This document shows positions 1 to 9,549 of a stretch of 64,000 bases of DNA, piece after piece (within the stretch, counting starts at the first letter, position 1; every line of letters begins with the position of its first letter). The stretch comes from Candidatus Omnitrophota bacterium (GTDB lineage Bacteria; Omnitrophota; Gorgyraeia; Gorgyraeales; Gorgyraeaceae): the NCBI GenBank assembly GCA_018902915.1, contig JAHIPS010000016.1:4368-68367 (forward strand), read 5' to 3'. Below the pieces are notes generated by a model. It was not told where the DNA came from. It worked only from the letters and a program-made list of their open reading frames with translations, and did no database searches. The translations under genes and the position numbers were made by a program.

Positions 1-1183
1 GAGGGCTGACTATACAGATATTCGCCAGCTTATAAAACGCCATGACCTCTGGATAATTTATATACCTCCTCACAAAGATTATAGGAGTCCATCCCTCGTG
101 CGAGTGTTTCCAGTTTATCTCCTCGACAAGAGCGTTTATCTCGTCATTAAGGTTTTTGTACGCGGGTATGTGCATCCTTGAAAGGCGGCCCATCTGTATA
201 AATACAAACTTGCCCCTGTACTCGGGATACTTTTCCACGAATCTATCCACCGCGCGCAGGCGTTCGAGTATGCCCTTTGTATAATCGATTCTGTCCAGAC
301 CCAGCATGATAAAATCATAATGCAGAAGAAACTCTTCCTTCAGGCTCTGCATATATTCTTTGACCTCTTTAGACTCTGCAAGCTCTTCAACATATTTATC
401 ATCAACCCCTATGGGAAAAGGCCTTATCATTGTCTCGTGACCGCCTTTTATAATAGAAAATCTTTCTCGGTCAACCCTTGCCTCTATCTCCTTTTCCACG
501 GTGGATATAAAATTCTCGCAATGATGCCTGAGATGGAATCCCAAAAGGTCATTTGCCAGAAGTCCTTCCAGTATCTCGTTCTTCTTGGGGCAGATCCTGA
601 ACACCTCTGGATTAGGCCATGGTATGTGCCAGAAATGAGCAGTGATGATCCTGTTCCCGGCAGCGTCCTTTAAAAACTTGGGGAGAAGCGACATATGATA
701 ATCCTGTATCCAGACGAATGCCTTCCTGTCTCCCACCTCTTCCAGGATCGCGTCTGCGAATTTCCTGTTGACCAGTTCGTACATCTTCCAGTCCGCTTCC
801 TCGAATTTCGGACGCGTGTATGATATGTGCGAGAGAGGCCAGAGCGCCTCATTTGAAAACCCATAGTAATATCCGTCTTCCTCTTCCTTTGTAAGCCAGA
901 CCCTTCGAAGCGTGTATTTTGCGTCATCAGGAGGGACCTTTACTCTGCTGTTGCTATCCACGGTTTTTTTGTCCGCGTCCCCGCTTCCGTGGGCGACCCA
1001 GAGCCCGCTGCATGCCTTCATAACAGGGTCAAGCGCTGTAATCACGCCGCCTGCAGCGCGCTGGCAGATGATCTTACCCTTTTTATGCATATGGATATAC
1101 GGTTCTCTATTGGAAACAACTATCAATAGATAATCGCCCAATTGTTTTTCTATGACTTCCTTAAGCGATTCCTTGGTCCACAT
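1..1183 (-). CDS. otsA: alpha,alpha-trehalose-phosphate synthase (GT20, OtsA-like); 3' end runs off the window
   Basis: Absent from the supplied ORF track because it is open to the window edge. Own translation from ATG (1183-1181, GGTGG SD ~7 nt upstream): MWTKESLKEVIEKQLGDYLLIVVSNREPY..AAGGVITALDPV..YYYGFSNEALWPLSH..FVWIQDYHMSLLPKFLK..LLGFHLRHHCENF..LGLDRIDYTKGI, the conserved GT20 blocks. Confidence 0.85.
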   Translation of the reverse strand, partial: MWTKESLKEVIEKQLGDYLLIVVSNREPYIHMHKKGKIICQRAAGGVITALDPVMKACSGLWVAHGSGDADKKTVDSNSRVKVPPDDAKYTLRRVWLTKEEEDGYYYGFSNEALWPLSHISYTRPKFEEADWKMYELVNRKFADAILEEVGDRKAFVWIQDYHMSLLPKFLKDAAGNRIITAHFWHIPWPNPEVFRICPKKNEILEGLLANDLLGFHLRHHCENFISTVEKEIEARVDRERFSIIKGGHETMIRPFPIGVDDKYVEELAESKEVKEYMQSLKEEFLLHYDFIMLGLDRIDYTKGILERLRAVDRFVEKYPEYRGKFVFIQMGRLSRMHIPAYKNLNDEINALVEEINWKHSHEGWTPIIFVRRYINYPEVMAFYKLANICIVSP

Positions 1184-1197
1184 ATTGTCACCACCTT

Positions 1198-1500
1198 TTA
1201 CCTTAATCTAAAACTGATATCCAGGAGTGTCTTTACTAAAAAACTTCTTAAAAATATAAGTATGAGAAAGGTGATTATCGGAGATATATCAATGCCGATC
1301 CCCATTTGGGGAGGAATCATTCTTCTTATGGGATAAAGAATAGGCTCTGTGGCCTTGTACAGGAATTGGACTATTCGGTTGTACGGGTCAGGGTTTACCC
1401 AGCTTATCAATACCCGTATAAGAATAAGCCAGTAAAAAATCGTAAGTATTACATTTAACAAATTTGCCAATGCTGCTAAAAAATTCGACAATACAAACAT
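1198..1500 (-). CDS. YggT family membrane protein
   Basis: 100 aa, hydrophobic; ..WLILIRVLISWVNPDPYN..EPILYPIRR.. matches the YGGT repeat signature. Confidence 0.75.
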   Translation of the reverse strand: MFVLSNFLAALANLLNVILTIFYWLILIRVLISWVNPDPYNRIVQFLYKATEPILYPIRRMIPPQMGIGIDISPIITFLILIFLRSFLVKTLLDISFRLR

Positions 1501-2561
1501 TACTTCTCCGCCTTCTCCTGCGCATAATTTATGGCCCGTATAGGATACGGGATTACAATGCCTTCTTTAGCGTATCGCTCGTGCAGTCGTTTTATAAATT
1601 CATGCTTGATTAAATAATTGTCCACGAATTCCTTTGCGCGCAATATCACTGTAAAATCTATACTAAAGTCATTAAAGGTATGGTATCGAATAAATGGATC
1701 AAACTCAGGTACGCCTCCCTTAACTGTCTTCATGATCTCTTTTCCAACCTCGCAGGTCACCTTTTCCACCTGCTTCAAGTCAGAGTCGTAATGGACCCCC
1801 ACCTGGACTAATACTGCCATTTCTGTCTCAGGATAGTAGTAATTCAGTACCTTGGAATCCACCAAGACCTTATTAGGTATTACCACCACGTTATTCTGGA
1901 GCATCCTCACCCATGTAGAGCGCCATCCTACCCGTTCCACATACCCTTCCTCGCCAGAATCAAGCTTTATAAACTGGCCCACCTTTACTGGTTTGTCTAT
2001 AACGATCTGTATGCCTGAGAAAAAATTCTCTAAAGTCGGCTGGAGCGCCAAGGCCACTGCCAGAGAGCCAATACCAAGAGAGGCAAGAATAGGTGTGATA
2101 GATACCCCAAAACTGTCCAGGAGTATCAATAAACCCAGCGCCATTACTATTATCCTTACGAAACCCCTTGCCACACCTCCTGATGTCTTTAATATATTGA
2201 CCTTGCGCGAATATACATGAATAAGGTTATTAAAAAGCCTGTCAAGGAAAAGGACTATAGCCAGGATCGCGGTCGTCTTAAGCGCTACTATTATAAGCCT
2301 TGAAAGGTCAGAATCTGTCAAAATAGGCGAGATCTTCTCTATTATAAACGCTCCGCTTACAAATATTAAAAGCACCAGCGGGAAATTCAGCGCACCTAAG
2401 AGTATATCATCCAGCTGCGAGCTAGTACGGCTCGCAAACTTCTCCACGCGGCCAAATATGATCTTTTTAATGAATAAAAGCAGGCTTACCCACACAAAAT
2501 ACACCACTGGCGCGTATATATAGGCAGGGATAGTTATATTAAACAATGTGATTTCTGTCAT
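1500..2561 (-). CDS. mscS: small-conductance mechanosensitive channel (MscS family)
   Basis: 353 aa; N-terminal TM helices then LGIGSLAVALALQPTLENFFSGIQIVIDKPVKVGQFI (MscS TM3/beta-domain signature). Confidence 0.85.
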   Translation of the reverse strand: MTEITLFNITIPAYIYAPVVYFVWVSLLLFIKKIIFGRVEKFASRTSSQLDDILLGALNFPLVLLIFVSGAFIIEKISPILTDSDLSRLIIVALKTTAILAIVLFLDRLFNNLIHVYSRKVNILKTSGGVARGFVRIIVMALGLLILLDSFGVSITPILASLGIGSLAVALALQPTLENFFSGIQIVIDKPVKVGQFIKLDSGEEGYVERVGWRSTWVRMLQNNVVVIPNKVLVDSKVLNYYYPETEMAVLVQVGVHYDSDLKQVEKVTCEVGKEIMKTVKGGVPEFDPFIRYHTFNDFSIDFTVILRAKEFVDNYLIKHEFIKRLHERYAKEGIVIPYPIRAINYAQEKAEK

Positions 2562-2610
2562 AATACATTAATTTTAAACGAGTTGTACCACTTTGTCAAG
2601 CACTTTCCCC

Positions 2611-3288
2611 TTAAGTTGAGGCGCCCTTTATAATAAGAGTGAATTCGCCGCGAGGGGAATGCTTGGTAAGGTGCTGAATGGCCATGGAGGCCTTTAAACG
2701 GAGAGTTTCCTCAAATATCTTTGTCAGTTCTCTGGCAATAGCAATCTCCCTATCGCCTAATATATCCAATATATCTGCCAGGGTCTTTAAAACCCTGTGG
2801 GGTGATTCATAAAGGATAATGGTCCTCTTCTCTTTCTTAAGCGCTAGTATCTGCTTGCGTCGTTTTGCGCCTTTATTTGATAAAAATCCCTGAAATATAA
2901 AGCTATCTGTAGGCATGCCAGACTCAACAAGCGCTGCTATAATCGCGCTTGGCCCAGGAATAACTGTAACTGGAATCTCGCTCTGAATAGCAAGGTTTAT
3001 AATCTTAAATCCTGGATCACTTATGCCAGGCGTACCGCTGTCAGAGACAAGGGCAATTGTCCTGCCTTCACTTAAAAGCCGCGTCAAATATTCGCCTTTC
3101 CTGACTTTATTATGCTCAAAGTAACTTGTGGTAGGCGTGGTTATCCCGTAATGCGAAAGAAGTTTTTTTGTATGGCGGGTATCCTCGCACGCGATCAGGT
3201 CGACCTCTTTAAGCGTCTCGACAGCCCTGAATGTTATGTCCTTGAGATTTCCTATAGGAGTGGCTACTATGAAAAGTTTTCCTGGCAT
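2611..3288 (-). CDS. rsmI: 16S rRNA (cytidine1402-2'-O)-methyltransferase
   Basis: 225 aa; GKLFIVATPIGNLKDITFRA..LIACEDTRHTKKLL..SDSGTPGISDPG: tetrapyrrole-methylase fold RsmI motifs. Confidence 0.9.
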   Translation of the reverse strand: MPGKLFIVATPIGNLKDITFRAVETLKEVDLIACEDTRHTKKLLSHYGITTPTTSYFEHNKVRKGEYLTRLLSEGRTIALVSDSGTPGISDPGFKIINLAIQSEIPVTVIPGPSAIIAALVESGMPTDSFIFQGFLSNKGAKRRKQILALKKEKRTIILYESPHRVLKTLADILDILGDREIAIARELTKIFEETLRLKASMAIQHLTKHSPRGEFTLIIKGAST

Positions 3289-3290
3289 GA

Positions 3291-6200
3291 TTATTCCACT
3301 GTCACGCTTTTCGCGAGATTCCTTGGCTGGTCCACATCGCAGCCCCTCTTGACTGCAATGTAATACGCTAAGAGCTGGAGCGGCAGGACGCTAGAAACAG
3401 GTGAAAACAGTTCATCTATTTTAGGAATATAAATAACATCCTTCGTGAAATGTTTTATCTCTGTATCGCCCTCGGTCGCGACTATGATCACCTTTCCTTT
3501 TCTCGCGCAAATCTCCTGTATATTGGAAACCATCTTATCGTATGTAAAAGAATCCGGCGCAATGCAGACAACTGCCCTGTATTCATCTATTAAAGCGATC
3601 GGCCCATGTTTCATCTCTCCAGCAGCATAGCCTTCGGCAGGGATATATGAGATCTCTTTTAATTTCAACGCGCCCTCAAGCGCTGTTGGAAAATTCAGGT
3701 TACGTCCCAGATACAGAAACGAACCAAAATGCGAATGTTTTTTTGCCAGCTTCTGGATCTCGTTTTTCTTTTTTAATATCACGTCCAATATCCTGGGCAA
3801 TTCCCTGAATTCTTTTATTAAAAATCTTTTAACCCTTTTTCTCAATGAACCCCTTTTCTCCGCAATATAAAATGCCAGTAAATATAGTATTGCCAGCTGA
3901 GCAGTATAGGCCTTTGTAGATGCCACGCCTATCTCTGGCCCGGCATAAGTATAAAGCACCCCGTCAGAGATCCTCACAAGGCTCGAGCCCACGACATTAC
4001 ATATAGACAGGATCCTCGCGCCTTTTTTCTTTGCCTCTTTTACGGCAGCGAGCGTATCCGCTGTCTCACCTGACTGGCTTATAGCTATTACAACAGTGTT
4101 CCCATTGACAATAGGGCTCCTGTATCTAAACTCTGACGAGAGATCCACCGTAACCGGGATATTCGCAAACTTCTCTATTAAATATTTTCCAACGCATCCC
4201 GCGTGATACGCGGTTCCGCAGGCCAATACTATGATATTTGATATATTTTTAATTTCCTTGTCCGAGAGATTTATACCGTCGAGCGATATCCCGCAAGCGC
4301 CTTTCAAACGCGAAGATATGATCTGTTTTAAAACCCTGGGCTGCTCGTGTATTTCCTTTAGCATAAAATGCGGGAATCCTGACTTTTGCGCGCTGGAGAC
4401 AGTCCACTTTATAGTGTCTATCTTTTTCCTCTTAACCTTCCCAGCTGAATCTAAAATCTTAACCTTGTCCTTTCTTAACGACACTACCTCGCCATCATCC
4501 AGGTATATTACCTTTTTCGTATACCTCAATATAGCCGGCACATCTGACGCAATAAAATTCTCGCCTCTCCCGACTCCGACGACGAGAGGGCTTTCCCTTC
4601 TCGCGCCAACCAGTTTATCCGGCTCATTAGAGGAAATAACGCCAAGCGCGAAGGAGCCCTTTAAATATTTAAGCGCTTTTAAAACCGCCTTTTCCAGATC
4701 CCCTCTATAATATTCCTCTATAAGATGCACCACTGTCTCTGTATCTGTCTCTGACTTAAACTTATGCCCTTTTCTAATGAGCTCTTCTTTTATCTCGTTA
4801 AAATTCTCTATGATCCCGTTATGCACCAGCGCGATGCCGCCTGAGCAATCTGTGTGAGGGTGCGCGTTTATATTTGTCGGAGTGCCATGGGTGGCCCATC
4901 TTGAATTATGAGAAATAAAACCGTTGGCTATAAAGTTAGAATCCGGATGATCCACTTCTAAATCAAAAAGAAATTTCTCTTCTGATTTAATTTTTTTAAT
5001 CTCTAAAATTGGCTGAAGCAAAATATTGGACTTTTTAAGTTTTTCATATTTGAGAGAAGATTTTCTTTTTAACAAAATATTCGATCGCTCTAATTTCTTT
5101 TTTGAGGAAAAGCCTATTTTTTTGGCAAAATTTTTAAAAGAATAGACGTTACTTATATGTAAAACATAACGATCATTCCAATTTTTTTCTTTCCGCTTCT
5201 CTTGATAGAGAAATGCCAGTATATTAAATCTTAGCAGAAACATCTGAACCATTTTAGCAATTCTTTCATCAGTAATAGCAAAACATATCTGTTGCCCTTT
5301 TAACCCTACATATCCTTCTGCATCAAAAATTCCTCTTAAAAAAGCGGCTATTTCATCTCTAGGAAGTTTGCCTATTTCACTTAAAAAATCTTCCTTCCGG
5401 GAAATTATATTTTTCTTTAACCACTGGCACAGGTAAAAGCTATTTGCTTCCAAAAGCCAGGCCCTAGTATCCTTCATAGAAACTATTCTTCCTTGAATCC
5501 CAAAGACCTCTGAAATTAAATCTTTATAAACAAATAAGAGATCTTTATCTAAATCTTTAAATCTTATTGTTCTCTTCTTTACTGTACCGTCTCCTAATAA
5601 ATAGCCAATTATTTGCATTAACTCAGGCGAGCTTTCTTTCGGCAAATTTATAAATTTCCCATGAATTGTATTTTGTGGGATAAAATAAGGTTCTTTAAAG
5701 CCGATGGACAAAGCAGGTAATAATTTTTGCAATTGATCTTCTCTGAAATTGCGGTCATTTCTTCTAATATGGTCCACATACCCTATGCTTATCCCGACCA
5801 AAGAAGAACAAGAGCTTTTGGTTAGTTGTAATTCTTTCAATCTATTCTTAATCAATAAATTTGCTTCTTCTGTAGCCTTAAAATATCTTTTAATAAAAAT
5901 TGACTCGAAATGCATCTTCTGTTCTTTAATTTCTATTGCCCGAGGAATAATCAATATATTTTTCTTATTAAGATTCTTGACTTTCTTTTCTATGATTCTG
6001 CCATCTGACATAACAAACATACGATGTTCACCTGTGCATTTTAGATAACCAAAAGAAGTTCTGATTTGATACAAAAATTCGGGCGAAGCATGGCATGCAA
6101 CTTCTAGTTGTGCAGATTCTAATTTGTTCGTCTTTAAATTGAAAGATAAAACATTGTCTCCTTTTTTTACTTTTGATATTGGGGTAATTCTGCCATCTGC

Positions 6201-6449
6201 TAATTGAACAAGCGTATCTTTTGACAAACAATGGCCTATGCCTAACCTGCTATCGTTTAAGTCGTTTCTCTCTTTTATAGCAAGAATTAAATCTTTGATC
6301 TTTCCTGAGCGTTTTGCAATCTTTATCTTATCATGGCTCAATATAGCTATGCCAGCTGAGTCATACCCGCGATACTCAAGCTGCTTCAGGCCGTCCAATA
6401 AAACCGGTAGCGCGTCCTTTTTACCTATATATCCCACTATCCCGCACAT
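3291..6449 (-). CDS. glmS: glutamine--fructose-6-phosphate aminotransferase, interrupted by an intein
   Basis: 1052 aa; MCGIVGY Ntn start, GIGH/[442-aa insert]/SRWATHG, two SIS domains, C-terminal DQPRNLAKSVTVE. 610 aa after removing the insert. Confidence 0.95.
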   Translation of the reverse strand: MCGIVGYIGKKDALPVLLDGLKQLEYRGYDSAGIAILSHDKIKIAKRSGKIKDLILAIKERNDLNDSRLGIGHCLSKDTLVQLADGRITPISKVKKGDNVLSFNLKTNKLESAQLEVACHASPEFLYQIRTSFGYLKCTGEHRMFVMSDGRIIEKKVKNLNKKNILIIPRAIEIKEQKMHFESIFIKRYFKATEEANLLIKNRLKELQLTKSSCSSLVGISIGYVDHIRRNDRNFREDQLQKLLPALSIGFKEPYFIPQNTIHGKFINLPKESSPELMQIIGYLLGDGTVKKRTIRFKDLDKDLLFVYKDLISEVFGIQGRIVSMKDTRAWLLEANSFYLCQWLKKNIISRKEDFLSEIGKLPRDEIAAFLRGIFDAEGYVGLKGQQICFAITDERIAKMVQMFLLRFNILAFLYQEKRKEKNWNDRYVLHISNVYSFKNFAKKIGFSSKKKLERSNILLKRKSSLKYEKLKKSNILLQPILEIKKIKSEEKFLFDLEVDHPDSNFIANGFISHNSRWATHGTPTNINAHPHTDCSGGIALVHNGIIENFNEIKEELIRKGHKFKSETDTETVVHLIEEYYRGDLEKAVLKALKYLKGSFALGVISSNEPDKLVGARRESPLVVGVGRGENFIASDVPAILRYTKKVIYLDDGEVVSLRKDKVKILDSAGKVKRKKIDTIKWTVSSAQKSGFPHFMLKEIHEQPRVLKQIISSRLKGACGISLDGINLSDKEIKNISNIIVLACGTAYHAGCVGKYLIEKFANIPVTVDLSSEFRYRSPIVNGNTVVIAISQSGETADTLAAVKEAKKKGARILSICNVVGSSLVRISDGVLYTYAGPEIGVASTKAYTAQLAILYLLAFYIAEKRGSLRKRVKRFLIKEFRELPRILDVILKKKNEIQKLAKKHSHFGSFLYLGRNLNFPTALEGALKLKEISYIPAEGYAAGEMKHGPIALIDEYRAVVCIAPDSFTYDKMVSNIQEICARKGKVIIVATEGDTEIKHFTKDVIYIPKIDELFSPVSSVLPLQLLAYYIAVKRGCDVDQPRNLAKSVTVE
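4905..6230 (-). mobile_element. GlmS intein with LAGLIDADG homing-endonuclease domain (442 aa)
   Basis: Begins CLSKDTLVQLADGR (Cys1 codon 6230-6228, preceded by His), ends FIANGFISHN (Asn codon 4907-4905) followed by Ser+1. Internal IIGYLLGDGTV and FLRGIFDAEGYV LAGLIDADG motifs. Splits the conserved GH-(T/S)RWATHG block. Confidence 0.9.
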
Positions 6450-7111
6450 AATTCCTCCGGAATGCCAATATCAGCTACTATAACCTCGCCAGTATATCTT
6501 GGACCCTCGCCTCTATAAAACCCGTTTTTTGCGATCTGCATTGTCACCGTCTTTGTCGCCTTTATTGCCTCGCCCAGCACTCTACCTGTATCTGCATCTA
6601 ATCCAGACGGCACATCAACTGAAATAACTGGAATAGATTTTGCATTTAAATCTTTAATTATAGTTCTTGCCGGCTCTTTAACCTCGCCCTTTAGCCCTAT
6701 ACCAAATATAGCATCTATAACCAGATCTACATCACCTCTCTCCCTAACCTTCTCCCCATCGCCTTCAGCGATGGGGAGAAGGAAGGGTGAGGGGATTATT
6801 TCAATGCCTATTTCCTGTAATCTCTCCAGATTAACCCTTGCATCACCTTTTATCCTCGCCATCTCGCCAACCACATATACTTCGACCTTAGTACCCTTCT
6901 TAGCTAGATACCTCGCAGCCACAAACCCGTCCCCACCATTATTGCCTGTGCCGCAGAATATTGCAACCTTTTTCCTAAATCCTGCCGCCTCAGCCACGCT
7001 TCTTCCGGCATTCTCCATAAGCACGATCGAAGGCATGCCAGCCTCCTCGATCGCCCTCCGGTCCATCTCCTGCATCTCGCGCACACTCATGCTCTTCACA
7101 GTGCCATACAT
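6437..7111 (-). CDS. nnrE: NAD(P)H-hydrate epimerase (YjeF N-terminal domain)
   Basis: MSVREMQEMDRRAIEEAGMPSIVLMENAG..IFCGTGNNGGDGFVAARYL..DLVIDAIFGIGL. Start moved to ATG 7111 (GGGAG SD); the track's longer N-terminus is hydrophobic read-through into the divergent promoter. Confidence 0.85.
   Translation of the reverse strand: MYGTVKSMSVREMQEMDRRAIEEAGMPSIVLMENAGRSVAEAAGFRKKVAIFCGTGNNGGDGFVAARYLAKKGTKVEVYVVGEMARIKGDARVNLERLQEIGIEIIPSPFLLPIAEGDGEKVRERGDVDLVIDAIFGIGLKGEVKEPARTIIKDLNAKSIPVISVDVPSGLDADTGRVLGEAIKATKTVTMQIAKNGFYRGEGPRYTGEVIVADIGIPEELCAG
6735..6794. repeat. 60-bp palindromic element, copy 1, in frame inside nnrE
   Basis: cctctctccctaaccttctccccatcgccttcagcgatggggagaaggaagggtgagggg. 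It is the reverse complement of copy 2 apart from a few substitutions. Read on the minus strand as PSPFLLPIAEGDGEKVRERG. Confidence 0.85.
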
Positions 7112-7163
7112 TATACCACTCCCAGCCCCGCCCTTCAACCTCCGCTTGCATAATAGACTGGAT

Positions 7164-9428
7164 ATGCTAAACTTATATGCGATGAATATTAAAAATAAAC
7201 TCAATATCAGCGCAATTATATTAGGCCTTACCTCAATGATAGGCCAGATAATTGTGATCCGCGAGCTCATCGTGGTATTTTACGGAAACGAGCTCTCGCT
7301 CGGAGCCATACTTGCCTCGTGGCTCTTCTGGACAGCAATCGGAAGCTCTGTATTCGGAAGACTGGTTGATAAAATCAGTTTTAAAACAACTCTTCTTGCC
7401 GCCATACAACTTGTCATCTCCATAATCCTTCCTTTAAACATATTATTAATACGCTATATTAAATCGCTTCTAAATATTTCAACTGGCGAGATAATCGGGC
7501 TCCAGCCCATGTTCATGGTTTCTTTTCTATCGCTGTCTTTGATATGCGTGCTGCTTGGCTTCACATTCACTCTTATATCAAAACTCGCTTCTGAAAATAG
7601 CTCCAGCTCGGCAGGATCAATAGGAAAAATATATTTACTGGAAGGGCTTGGCGCCTCAATGGGGGGCCTTTTATACAGCCTTTATCTAATAAAGGTCTTT
7701 TCCCAGTTTCATAATTCGCTCATTGTTTCATGTTTCAATATAATCATCTCCATCTTCTTCGCGAGAAATATAATCCAGCTTGTGCTTCTGGCAGCGCTCG
7801 GCGTAGCATTTATATTCAACTGGCCCCGTCATGTCGACGGATTTGTCAGATCCCTGCAGTTCAGGCCATTTAAGGTAGTGGAAAGCATCGATTCCATATA
7901 CGGAAATATCGCTGTAACAAAATCAGGCAATGACTACAGCTTCTATGAAAACGGGCTTTTGATGTTTACGACCAATGACTTTTTAACAAGCGAGGAATCT
8001 GTCCACTACGCGATGCTGGAGCATCCTGCGCCTAAAAAAGTGCTTCTTATAGGAGGCGGGGTAAGCGGCTCGCTCGAACAGATCCTGAAGCACGACGTGG
8101 ATAGAATAGACTATGTTGAGCTGGATCCTTTAATAATAGAACTCGCCCGCAAATATGTCCCTGTCCCTGCTGATAAAAAGATAAACTTCATCAACGCGGA
8201 CGGGCGGCTTTTTATAAAGTCAGCCCCCTCACCCTCCCTTCTCCCCATCGCCGAAGGCGATGGGGAGAAGGTTAGGGTGAGGGGTTACGACGTAATTATC
8301 GCAAACCTCCCGGACCCGTACACTGCCATGCTTAATCGTTTCTACTCGCTTGAATATTTCCGGGAGGCAAAGAAACTCCTGGCAGATGGAGGAATCCTTT
8401 CATTCTCGCTAAGCTCATCTGAGAATTATATAAACCCTGAAAACGCGGCTTACCTCGGGTGCATCTTTCATACGCTTGAAAAGGTATTCTCGGAAATAAA
8501 GCTGCTTCCGGGTGACAATGTCGTATTTCTGGCGTCAGATAAAAAGGACCTATTGACTCACGATACCGGCCTTTTGCTAAAAAGACTCGGCGACAGGAAA
8601 ATAAAAACCCAGTTTGTAAGAGAATACTACCTCCCGTTTAAGCTTTCGCCGCTCAGGATCAAATACGTGGAAAACACCTTAAAAGAATTCGGGGGCAGAA
8701 AGATCAACACTGATTTCAGGCCCATAGGGTATTTCTATCACATGCTTCTGTGGCTGACATTATTCAGCGCAGGCCGCGGGATCCTGCCGCACATAGGCAT
8801 ATTTAATATCTGGTTATTTATAGGGGTTGTAACAACGCTCTTTTTGATCATGTTTATGTTCCAGAAACTGCGAAGATCTTCTTTTAGGACGCCTGTCAGG
8901 ATATCCATCGGCGCTACCGGCATGAGCGAGATATGTTTTCAGATAATCGTTATACTGGCCTTCCAATTCCTGTACGGGTATGTATATTACAAGATAGGGC
9001 TTATCCTGACATCTTTCATGATAGGTCTTGTTTTGGGCAGCTTCTTTATAAACAGGCGGCTCGAGCGCATTCAGGATGAACGCTCGCTTTATCTAAAGAC
9101 CCAGGCCGCGATATGCCTCTACCCTCTGGTCCTTCCCCTGGCATTTAAAATACCTGATTTCCAGCTGGGTTTCGCGTTTCTTCCGATAATCGCCGGATTC
9201 TTAGGCGGGTTCCAATTCCCTCTTGCGAACAAAATCTGCCTCAAATCTTCATCTAATGTCGGGAAAACAACCGGCACTCTTTACGGTCTTGACCTCTTTG
9301 GCGCCTGTGTCGGTGGGTTATTGGTAGGTTTGCTACTCATCCCGCTACTCGGCATCACCCAGACCTGCTTAATCCTCTTTATCATAAACACTCTCGTATT
9401 AATACTACTTTTTTCCTCCAGTCGTTAA
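7164..9428 (+). CDS. spermidine-synthase-like (polyamine aminopropyltransferase family) polytopic membrane protein
   Basis: Start taken at ATG 7164 (or 7182); the track's 6771 start is antisense to nnrE. Multi-TM N- and C-terminal regions flank VLLIGGGVSGSLEQIL..VELDPLIIELARKY..YDVIIANLPDPYTAMLNRFYSLEYF..LADGGILSF. Confidence 0.75.
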   Translation: MLNLYAMNIKNKLNISAIILGLTSMIGQIIVIRELIVVFYGNELSLGAILASWLFWTAIGSSVFGRLVDKISFKTTLLAAIQLVISIILPLNILLIRYIKSLLNISTGEIIGLQPMFMVSFLSLSLICVLLGFTFTLISKLASENSSSSAGSIGKIYLLEGLGASMGGLLYSLYLIKVFSQFHNSLIVSCFNIIISIFFARNIIQLVLLAALGVAFIFNWPRHVDGFVRSLQFRPFKVVESIDSIYGNIAVTKSGNDYSFYENGLLMFTTNDFLTSEESVHYAMLEHPAPKKVLLIGGGVSGSLEQILKHDVDRIDYVELDPLIIELARKYVPVPADKKINFINADGRLFIKSAPSPSLLPIAEGDGEKVRVRGYDVIIANLPDPYTAMLNRFYSLEYFREAKKLLADGGILSFSLSSSENYINPENAAYLGCIFHTLEKVFSEIKLLPGDNVVFLASDKKDLLTHDTGLLLKRLGDRKIKTQFVREYYLPFKLSPLRIKYVENTLKEFGGRKINTDFRPIGYFYHMLLWLTLFSAGRGILPHIGIFNIWLFIGVVTTLFLIMFMFQKLRRSSFRTPVRISIGATGMSEICFQIIVILAFQFLYGYVYYKIGLILTSFMIGLVLGSFFINRRLERIQDERSLYLKTQAAICLYPLVLPLAFKIPDFQLGFAFLPIIAGFLGGFQFPLANKICLKSSSNVGKTTGTLYGLDLFGACVGGLLVGLLLIPLLGITQTCLILFIINTLVLILLFSSSR
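8225..8284. repeat. 60-bp palindromic element, copy 2, in frame inside the speE-like gene
   Basis: cccctcaccctcccttctccccatcgccgaaggcgatggggagaaggttagggtgagggg: 11-bp outer stem, 16-bp inner stem, GAA loop. Translated as PSPSLLPIAEGDGEKVRVRG between FIKSA and YDVII. Confidence 0.85.
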
Positions 9429-9524
9429 CTTGTTTTCTCAAAAAAATATGCTATACTTTTATATAGAAGAACACAACAGGAGGTGCAGGAGTAGCGCAAG
9501 CACAAAGGTTTATAGCCTATAAAA

Positions 9525-9547
9525 AGAGCCCTTTTCTAAAGGGCTCT
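9525..9547. terminator. bidirectional intrinsic terminator between convergent genes
   Basis: agagcccttt-tcta-aagggctct hairpin flanked by an A-run upstream and a T-run downstream (aaaaAGAGCCC..GGGCTCTttttt). Confidence 0.75.
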
Positions 9548-9549
9548 TT

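Noticed and set aside
6771-7163. The first 131 codons of the 885-aa track ORF (6771-9428), including a reading of palindrome copy 1 as MGRRKGEG..
   Set aside because: This part is antisense to the well-supported nnrE gene and has no spermidine-synthase or membrane-protein character. The plausible starts are ATG 7164/7182, after the divergent promoter.
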